Positions 41,190 through 50,225 of a stretch of DNA of 64,000 nucleotides are shown one piece after another. The notes below the pieces were generated by a model. The model was given only the letters and a program-made list of their open reading frames with translations. It had not been told where the DNA came from and did not search any database. The translations under genes were made by a program, and so were the position numbers. Location of the stretch: positions 12,648,001 to 12,712,000 of the forward strand of contig CM022679.1 of NCBI GenBank assembly GCA_012295275.1, written 5' to 3'. Origin of the DNA: Chrysomallon squamiferum. Its lineage: Eukaryota > Animalia > Mollusca. Position 1 is the first letter of the stretch, and every line of letters begins with the position of its first letter.

Positions 41190-42399
41190 TTGGCCTTACA
41201 CAAAAAAAAAAAACACAGACAATGAAATGTGTTTTAAGAGCATACACATTGAAAAGAAATACCTGTCATCACATATAAAAAGGAATGTATTACAACTGTT
41301 TCAGGTCAATGTCATTTGTTATCATCTTGTCATCGTTTTGCCTTCATTCTTCTGATGATGTGTTATCTTCTGGTAGATGTGTGGAAAATCTGGAGTGGAG
41401 CCCCTTTTTATTATCCAGGTAAATGTTTAACATTTTATTTTATTTTATTTCTTCTTCTATAGAACATTTCTTAATTTGTTTTGATGCTTGGTTGGGACAT
41501 GCTTATGTATAGATGCATGGAGGCTTATGGTTATGGTCATAGTAACACTAACAACACAATCATTTAAAATCTGACTGCAAAAATAATAATATTCAGTTGG
41601 TACTAAATAAATGGGAAGCATTTAAAGATGAAAAAATATATAATGATAGTGACTGAAATTGTATATATTATAGACATTAATTAACGTTATAATATGTAAT
41701 GAAAGTGACTGAAATTGTATATATTATAGACATTAATTAACGTTATAACTATGTCAGAAAATGAATAAGTAAGCTCTACATCTTAAAAATTATTTTATTT
41801 CATATCGCCTTTCTTTCTAAATTTTCTAAATTTTCTTATTTTATCTGTTTATTAGCCTATGAATTTATATATTGTCTTCGTAAATTTTAAATCTAAATTT
41901 TTCACACATGCTTTATAAATTTTTATTTGCATGAATTTAGCTCCTAACTCTTATTTGTGTTGTCTCTGTAAATTTTGTTACTTCTAGTTGCATGAATTTA
42001 ACTGGAAGCTTTGCATGAATTTAACTACAAATTCTTGTGTATATTTTTACTTCACGTATTGTGTTCTTTTTTCTCTCTGCATGCTCTCATCTTTTTTTTG
42101 TTTTACTTGTCACACTGTTCACTTTCTGCCAGGCATGAACTCTATCTTTATGTACGTGTGTCACGAAGTGTTTAGTTCCTTCTTTCCTGTGTCGGTGTAT
42201 GTGAAAGATGAACACAGTTTAAAGCTGCTGATGGCTGTCTGGGGTCCGGTGTTCTGGTGTCTCATCACATACAGAATGCACCTCATGAAAATGTACATCA
42301 GTGTCTAACCACATGCTTCCTTCTTCTCTGTCAGCTGGTGTGTATTTCTCTTCTCTAATACTTCTGTTTGAACCTTCTAGCTGCTTTCTAGAATATATT

Positions 42400-42441
<42 letters not shown>

Positions 42442-42763
42442 CTACATACATAAATACATTACATACATTATATACAGACAATAAACAAAATAAATATGTA
42501 ATACATTCATTCAGTACACACAATAAATATTTGCCTACATATATACATACATACATGGATATATTACATATGTCACATACTCAATACATGCTCCCATGCA
42601 ATATCTACATAGATATATGTATGTATGTATGTTGTGGTATTATTTTTGGTAATGGTTTATATTGGTATAACATATTTATATAAATTTATGCATAAAACAA
42701 ATAACATATTTAGTTTTACTGTTATTCTGAATATAATTGGTATATTTACTTTAATGAATTAAT

Positions 42764-42818
<55 letters not shown>

Positions 42819-43212
42819 CACATACATATACATAAATACGTAGATTACATTATAATATTCTGAAAAGATTCCATTTTTATGCAATATGATTAAATTATAT
42901 ATTAAAAAAAAAAATCATGTTAAAATTAGACAGTGATATTCCAAAGAAAAAATACTGAATAATTTTTGCTTGTTTTTTTTGTCTTATTCATTCATAAAGC
43001 TTTCAGTGTTTATTACTTATTTGTTTTTCTTTACAGGTATGAATCCTATAGTGCTTTACGTTGGACATGAACTTCTTATTAAGACTTTCCCTTTTTACAT
43101 CCATGTAAATAAAACACACACAGAGCAGCTGGTTCTTAGCATCTGGGGAACATTTCTCTGGTTCTTGGTGGCTTTGTATATGGATTACAAATATATGTAC
43201 GTCACTGTTTGA
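24426..43212 (+). CDS. HGSNAT: Heparan-alpha-glucosaminide N-acetyltransferase, about 610 aa. Exons: 24426-24471, 25189-25358, 25811-25944, 26523-26644, 27397-27466, 27902-27956, 34610-34707, [8a 35392-35499 or 8b 36739-36846], 37602-37747, 38045-38157, 38435-38556, 38918-39044, 39732-39818, 40282-40356, 40987-41057, 41305-41418, [17a 42133-42308 or 17b 43037-43212]
   Basis: Motifs [113 protein letters not shown]. All junctions are GT-AG with consistent phases, apart from one extra T in exon 16 (41336-41339). Confidence 0.96.
28620..28975. repeat. Imperfect tandem duplication of about 200 bp in HGSNAT intron 6
   Basis: ATAGTGTAATCTA...TCTTCAAACT...GTATATTTTTGGTATTTTAATT...TAAAAGTAATTATAAAATAAA...AAAATACACATAGTTA occurs twice, starting near 28622 and 28827. 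Confidence 0.75.
30041..32417 (-). mobile_element. Sola2-type DNA transposon, internally deleted and non-autonomous (2377 bp), in HGSNAT intron 6
   Basis: 24-bp TIRs GAGTCATTCCATGTCAAATCACCC (30041-30064) and GGGTGATTTGACACGGAATGACCC (32394-32417), 22/24 identical. 4-bp TSD TATT on both sides (30037-30040, 32418-32421). GRG...CYC termini with a 4-bp TSD fit Sola2. Contains a broken transposase-like frame. Confidence 0.85.
30175..31160 (-). pseudogene. Frameshifted N-terminal part of the Sola2-like transposase; the catalytic region is deleted
   Basis: Overlapping ORFs 30368-31117 and 30175-30423 give ICSHHE, KLCCDC, QILTLSP and [23 protein letters not shown]...[13 protein letters not shown]. 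The last block is recalled from this transposase family. The frame breaks off about 110 bp before the TIR. Confidence 0.75.
32615..32790 (+). mobile_element. Decayed tRNA-derived SINE, same family as 12185-12385
   Basis: TTCCTGTCCCAGCCAGTGCTGTGCAGTGGTTTGTCAAAGGTCATGGTGT...AAGAGT...GTGGGATTT...TGACC...GTTTGATGCTATATAACC follows the recalled motif order of a gastropod SINE core. Confidence 0.45.
33515..33541 (+). CDS. HGSNAT: Candidate 27-nt cassette microexon of HGSNAT (LVFKGGHVQ)
   Basis: tttaatttcag|CTTGTATTTAAAGGAGGCCATGTTCAG|gtaagt. Consensus acceptor, perfect donor, multiple of 3, stop-free in phase 0, which is the phase of intron 6. Confidence 0.5.
34770..34970. repeat. Minisatellite of about 56-57 bp, roughly 3.5 copies, in HGSNAT intron 7
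   Basis: TATTAGGTTT recurs at 34781, 34838, 34893 and 34950, each followed by GATAT and, in the first three copies, CAAATGATATAT. Confidence 0.85.
35392..35499 (+). CDS. HGSNAT: HGSNAT exon 8a (alternative, divergent copy of the catalytic-His exon): [36 protein letters not shown]
   Basis: ttttag| acceptor and TG|gtgagt donor. 108 nt, phase 2-2, stop-free, homologous to exon 8b. Confidence 0.9.
35521..35676 (+). promoter_or_regulatory. Intronic splicing-regulatory cluster downstream of exon 8a: five (T)GCATG Rbfox motifs and two ACTAAT STAR/QKI-type motifs
   Basis: GCATG at 35521 and 35547; TGCATG at 35580, 35597 and 35648; ACTAAT at 35631 and 35671. Confidence 0.7.
36739..36846 (+). CDS. 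HGSNAT: HGSNAT exon 8b (canonical-like catalytic-His exon): [36 protein letters not shown]
   Basis: ctgcatag| acceptor and TG|gtatgt donor. 108 nt, phase 2-2. TGCATG at 36714-36719, next to its polypyrimidine tract. Confidence 0.92.
40653..40808. mobile_element. Possible decayed hAT-type MITE in HGSNAT intron 14
   Basis: Starts CAGGTCCATCTTAA and ends ...GCCTTAAGACT, resembling CAGGGCCGTCTTAA...TTAAGACGGCCCTG ends. The right end is degenerate and no TSD was found. Confidence 0.3.
41649..41748. repeat. Direct duplication of about 44 bp in HGSNAT intron 16
   Basis: GTGACTGAAATTGTATATATTATAGACATTAATTAACGTTATAA occurs twice, about 56 bp apart. Confidence 0.85.
41928..42083 (+). promoter_or_regulatory. 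Rbfox TGCATG cluster upstream of the exon 17a acceptor
   Basis: TGCATG at 41928, 41989, 42012 and 42078. The first three share the longer context TTGCATGAATTTA. Confidence 0.65.
42133..42308 (+). CDS. HGSNAT: HGSNAT alternative terminal exon 17a: [58 protein letters not shown]
   Basis: ctgccag| acceptor, phase 1, 176 nt to TAA. It has its own AATAAA signals at 42480, 42489 and 42522, upstream of exon 17b. Confidence 0.9.
43037..43212 (+). CDS. HGSNAT: HGSNAT alternative terminal exon 17b: [58 protein letters not shown]
   Basis: ctttacag| acceptor, phase 1, 176 nt to TGA. Aligns to 17a without gaps. Confidence 0.9.
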
Positions 43213-43607
43213 TCCACATAACACTAATTATATATATATACATATATACAAATTTTGTTTTGCAATATAGGATAAAATTAAATTCTGCGGTAAATTTGTA
43301 TTTGCAACCTTTTATAAATATTGTTTATAGTTTGTGGGTTTTCTGTTGTGTTATGGCTGATTTTAAAATTTGGTATATTTTGCCTGTTTGATACACAGGG
43401 GTGAAAAATTGCATGAAATTATTAAAATATAATTTAAAATTGATAATAATAAAAAAATTTAAAAAATACAAATACAGGTTTAAATGTTATAAAATAAACT
43501 TCAGATTATTCTGTAAGTGGTAATTTTCTTTTTTTAAATTTTCTCTACCATTTATTTATTTATTTGGTATAATTTTTTTTATTATTGTTGTTGCAGCTGG
43601 TAATTTT

Positions 43608-43608
43608 A

Positions 43609-43664
<56 letters not shown>

Positions 43665-43688
43665 GTGATTATTATTATTATTATTATG

Positions 43689-43727
<39 letters not shown>
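43608..43727. repeat. (ATT)n microsatellite
   Basis: Directly visible. Source of the poly-Ile ORF. Confidence 0.9.
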
Positions 43728-43730
<3 letters not shown>

Positions 43731-45350
43731 AAGCAGCACAATTATGAAACAGATTTACAAAATGCTTTTTTGGTTTGGTGCTAATATATTTGTCACAATG
43801 TGTGGAAATTCCTAAATGCGTATGTTTGTGCTAAATTAAGTATTACTGAATAATGCAAGTTAAATTAGAAATGAAATTTTTATGTTATTTAAAATATTGT
43901 GGAAACCCAGTATAATACAATAACTGTTTTAAAAAAAAAAGAAAATGAAGTTGACATTAAAGAAAACATTGAAAGAAATGAAGAAAAGTAAAAAATCATG
44001 TGGTTGTCACATTTTTTGAATTGAAGTCATTTTAGTGGTGGAATATAACAAGTTTACTATATTCAAGAAATAATTGTTTAAATATACATAATTACCATAA
44101 TTAACAGTAATATATGAAAACCATAGACATTTTTTAATTTCCATATGCATGTTTAAAACTTAGAAATTTGGTCAGTAAAAAAAGAAATGTGTATGTGAAT
44201 ATTTATGTGTATGTGTGTGTGTGTGTGTGTTTGTGTGTGTAATTTGATCAAATTTACAGTATTCTTCATATATAAGCATTTTATAGAATTTTAAAACTAT
44301 TTTTCTAAGAATTTTGTTATAATGTTCAATTAGCCTACATCAGTGAAGCATTATCCTTCAATCTTTTTTCATATATTCTGTTATATTATGATTCATAGCC
44401 AATTTTCTAACATTTAAAAGAAGTTATATTAAAAAAAAAATAATAAATAAATAAAATGAAATAAAATAAAAAGATCTATAAAAACTTAAATAATAAAGTA
44501 GGTTTCTGTTAAACTTTTTAAAGTATTACTGCCTAAATTTACATTTCTTTTACTTTTGCCCGATTGTTTCAGTTGTTATTTTGTGAGAAACTGCTGTATC
44601 CATCTATCAGTTGACATTTATTTACTATTACTCTGTAGATCATGACATCACAAGTAAATATAACATAAAATGCCAGCCTCCATGGTCTAGTCATACTTTA
44701 TTATTAGAAAACATTGGTGTCAGTAATTTGTGCAATCATTTAGCAGCAAATAACTTTTATTCTGACAATACATATTTAGCCCTAAAAATGTTGTTTCATA
44801 AAATAATAACTGTAGTATGGTATTTTGATAAATATTGTAAATCTGTTTTCTTAATTAAACATGGCATCTCTTAAATCTTATAGTTTTGATGTATATTCAG
44901 TGTTAGAAACTTCTCTTTTTATAAATGTAATTTTTATTAAATGACTGAAACAGTTGACATTATTGACATTGTTAAACACCATGATTCCCTGGACCAGATC
45001 CAGAATTTAAAAAAGTGGAATGCCATCATTCTGTTATATAATTTTCAAGATGGAATGATTTTCATTATTTATAATAAAATATTGTTTGTGTATAGCCGTT
45101 ATGTGTATAGCTTATTTTCATTCTCGCCATTTCTTGAACAATAAAACATAATTTGACAAAACATTAATAAATAAAACATAAATAAATTTACTGTTATTAA
45201 TTGTGGTCTGGAATTGAAACCGGTGATTTTGTAAAATAAATAAATAAAATTATTCAAAAGATGTTTTTTTGTACATTTTACTTTTTAAAATATTTTTATT
45301 TGTAATATGAAGGCTGGTTTAACAGATTTTAAAACAATGGATTTATTTTG

Positions 45351-45398
<48 letters not shown>

Positions 45399-47306
45399 GT
45401 TGTTATTGTTGTCGTTTTTGTTATAATGATATAACCCAGTAAACATGTTTCGTCTGCTTCATTACTAAATTAGCAGCAAGGTGTACATTGTTATGTACCT
45501 TCCTATGAACAGAAAGTCATATTTACAACATTTGAAAAGCATATCATGGATCACTTGCAGGAAAAAAAGATAGCTGAGAAAACAATTCTAAGACGAGTAA
45601 GAATGGAGCATTCATCCTGCAACCTATCACAGCATCTAAAACTTCTGTTTTCTTTTACATTTTTACTTTTGTTTTGATTTTTTGTTATCGAGATTTATTT
45701 GTTTATGACAAAGATTTTGTAATATTATATAATTAACTGTTTCTAATATTGTACTAGAATTAGGAATAAACTTTGCATTTTTCTGTTTTGTTTTCATTAA
45801 TCTTTTAAATCATTTGTGGGGGTCAGATTTGTTTTTTTTTTCTTTTTACAAAGCAAGGTACTGAATTTTTCAGTATATACTCTGCATTTAATTTGCTGTG
45901 GTTGGTTCATGGTGTTTTAAAAGGAGGTTGCAATCTATTGTCAGACCTTAATGTGAAGAAACAGATTTTACTGAATGTTTTAAATAATCTATTATTTAAT
46001 ATAGTGATGTTCTATCACAGAAACAAGAAGAACAGATCAATATTTCTAGGATCTTTCAGCAAAGGTGACTGTTTGAGGCTGAACTCACATTAAACATTTC
46101 AGTATATTTTGGAGTTTAGACAAAACAGTGCTGCAAGGAAAATGAAATAGAGAATTTCAAAAAACAGATTCTTTTTTCTTCTTTTTTTAATGGGTGTTTA
46201 TCAGCTTTCCTGAAATTTAAGAATATTTGATTACTTAAATTTGACGTTTGAAATGGTAGAGTTTTGCGGGTTTTTAAGGACATGTGGGAGCCACATCAAG
46301 AACTAGAAATAAATACTGAGGAAGAACAAAAAAATAATAATAATATTTCAAAATGGCCTCCCTTAAATTGTAGTATGGTAGTCATGGTCTGTAAGATCCA
46401 TATTATATCTAAAACACTTCTAGTAAACTTAAAATGAAAAATATTTTCAAATACTCAACCCACTTTTTTTTACCTGGGAATCTTTTAACATAATCATATT
46501 AGTTGTAAGTGTTCTTTTTAAATGAATTTGGACTACAGTAAATCCCATAAATTGACAACACTGAATTTATACACAAAACAGTTTTCAACATGTAATAGCT
46601 GTTTATTTAAAAAATAAGCTGAATTCATTTAAAATAAAGATAATTTTCTTTCCAAAGCACAGTTCTGCTTTTTATTACACAATAAAGAGAAACATGAATG
46701 TCTGAGATCATTTTATGTTCCAAAAGACATTTTCTGACTTTTGTCAATAAAAAAAAGAAGAAAAAAGAGGATTTTCAAGAACAAGAAAAACACCTTAATC
46801 CAACTTTTTATTTCCTCATAAACATTACCCCACATGATTTTTTTTCCTCTCAATCTAACAAAAGCATAAAACTATTTAAAAAATATACATTTTTTTTTTT
46901 TTTTTTTTTAAATATCCTTCCCATTGTAAACAATTTCTTACAATGAGATGGTGGTAACAAAAAAACAACAACATTTAATACTGGCTATATTACAGAGAGC
47001 AGTGATATAACCCAGCTTCAGCTGATGAACAATAACGTGGCCTTAAAAAATGCAATGTGAACAAAACCTGTTACCACAGCTGTCACATGAGAAATGATCT
47101 GTTACTTAATTCCATTTAAATGTTTCACGTTTGTGTTGCGAAATGACTAGCACTGACCTGGTCAAATTGAATCAGCAAATATTTATATTTACAGAATATT
47201 TCATCTTGATGATGATGTTAGCATAAATATTATATCATTTTTTTGAAACAATGTCAGATAGATTAAAAGCATATATCTCTCTATATATATGCATATAAAA
47301 TTATTA

Positions 47307-47345
<39 letters not shown>

Positions 47346-48711
47346 ACCAGGGCATATTGATTCTGTCACCTGGACATAGAGGACACAATATAATAAAACA
47401 TTTGATGTAAACAATGTTTATTATTATTTTTATTAATATTATTATTATTATTATTTTTTTTTTTTTATTAAACTCTTCTGTCATAACTTTTCCCTGGTTA
47501 ATGAATATAGCAAAAGTGTTTTTCAAAAACAGCGTGAAACATCTGAATGGAATCGTTTGGGTTTTTTGAACGGAATGTGGTGAGTATGAATAGCAGTTAT
47601 CAAAATAACTGATCATTTTTCAGATCTTTTTTTTTTAGTATTTTATTTTTGAAGTATGTGCATATGTATATATATATACACACACACCATGAGAAATTGG
47701 CACCCTTCTTTTCCATGTTGTTTCTGGTTTAAAAAATTAAAAAACAATGCCTTCAATGCACATATATTACATATCAGTAACATGTCATATTTTTCTATAT
47801 ATTTAAAAAAATAAGTTAATAATTTGATGGGCACAGTATCAAGTATTTATTCTAATAATAATAATAATAATTAAATATCTCTATGTAATTTACTTTACCA
47901 ATATTATGGACCAGTCCAAAGGCCAATGTAAGTGTGAAGACTTCAGTCTTTAAATAACATTAACTGCAGCACATTTAAACATTAAAATTAAATAAATATT
48001 ATCTTGTGGAAGAATATTGTTATTTAATTAATTTGTGCAGTCCAGTTCAAATTTTTAGGTCAAAAATAATGTCTGGTGAGTGTTAAAATTAATTCTGAAG
48101 TTTGGTTATATAACAGATTGTCATAATTAATGAAGTGTTTTGGTTGTGAATGACTAAATATTCACATAAAATTTATTTCTTCTAAACTGTATGCCCACAG
48201 TTCACACCTATTATAACCACATGACCCATGGCCTTGTCAATAAATAAAAATCTATTTACAATGTTAATGTGAAAAAGAAAAATCAACGACATCACTATAG
48301 ACTGGATTGAGTATATGTGCAAAATTGTTAAAGCAACAAACCCCAAAAATGTGCAAAGCAAATAAACCAAAATTAACAAAAAAGCTCAAAAAGTTAATAA
48401 AAAACAACAACAAAAAAACTAAAAAACAATCACATTATGATACATTTGCATAGTCACAAGTGCAGCTTTTCACATGAAAGCAAAAACATTTTTTTTTTTT
48501 TTTTAAATAAATTAAAACTTCTGAATTCCCTAATGAGCACTTATATTAATTGTTCTTCACTGCTCAGTACAACAGCTATCACATCAAGCTCTATTGTCAT
48601 ATCAACAGATACAATTTTATCAAATGTACACTAATAAAATAAAATCCACCTTCAGATTTGATCAGTAATTTACCCATCATTGATTATATATATAATCTGT
48701 ATCATGTATGC

Positions 48712-48750
<39 letters not shown>

Positions 48751-50225
48751 CATGTGCGTGCAATCATAATGCTTGTAGCTTTTTCTAATTACTAGAGAAA
48801 AACATCTGAACATTTTAGTATTTCAGTGTATCTGCTCACTTCTGTTGTTACAAACAATGGAATGATTTGGAAATACTATGGCTAACATACTGTCTGTTAC
48901 AAACAAAAAAGTATACATAGAAAGAAAACCCACAATACATTACAGACATGTAATTCTAACCAAAAATAACTTTGAAAAAAAGAAAAAATGGAATTCTTCA
49001 CGGATTATAAAATATAGTAGCAAACATAAGGTTTTGAGGATCAGGGAGAAAAACAACATTATCTTTCATATGATACAAGCATATACTGAACATCACAGGT
49101 TTCACTTCAGTAACATACTAATCTTTTAAACTGTAACCATAAATTTAACATGAAATAACAACAAATTATTTTGATGTAATTAAAGAATGCTTGAGAATCT
49201 GCTTACTGCAAAGACAGATCTTTGGTCTCAGGAAGAATATACTTCGAATTATCATGATTATGGCTTTAATTAATATAGCATAATATCCTGCTCACTGAAA
49301 CTATTAAAAAAATATAATAATAATAATAATAATAAATTATAAAAGAAAAACAAATATTTAAGATTTAAATTTCAACAAATTCATGATTCAAGATTAAAAT
49401 GAATAATGTCTTTTAGTGTAAAAGAATAAAGTTCTACTCGGATTACATTGTGTGTACAAGACAATATTTTATTTTTTAAGAATTTATTAAATGAAAGTTA
49501 ATCGTACTGCTATAATTACTCTGTTGATCTGGCAAAATGTGTTAATTAAGAATGCTTTACATTAATACAATACAGGAAAGGTGAAAAGGAACAGATATAA
49601 TATGGAGTAGCTCTATCATGTATTTCTACTGTTGTTATTAAAAGCAAAAATAATATACTGATTTTAAGGTAATGAATATTCTTGCTAACAAACAATAACT
49701 TAATTATATTGATTATCAGTATAACAAAGACATGAAGATAGAAAAAAAGAGTAAATATTTAAATTCTCATGAAGGTATAGAGAAATAATAAAACAATAAA
49801 AAAAAAAGAGAGAAATTTTATATATATATATATATATAAAAATGATGAAAAATAAGTAACAGTGGTTTTTGTTATTATGAACAATGATATATAGATATAT
49901 TAATAAACCATGATCAACAACCTACACAAAAAGAATTCCATGTTAAAGTGCTTTTTGTTTGAAGTGCCTGCATGTACTTGCTCCTACAATATTTTTTTTT
50001 TTTTTAATTTAAATAATATGCTGCAATTAACATTATTAAAGTAAAAAAAAAAAAAAAAATTTTTTTTAAAATCTATCTGTTCAAAAACTTAAAGCAAACT
50101 TGACAGATGTGATTCAAAAACATAAAATGTCCAATAAAAAACAACTGAAAGAAGAGGTTTTTCTGTTTTTTAAATGCAAAGCTATTTTAAAAGAAAAAAT
50201 ACCAAACATTGACTGAAAACCACAT

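Noticed and set aside
35392-43212. Explanation of the duplicated HGSNAT exons as an assembly or haplotype duplication, or as a nested paralog
   Set aside because: The copies are strongly diverged at the nucleotide level, their flanking introns are unrelated, and no other exon is duplicated.
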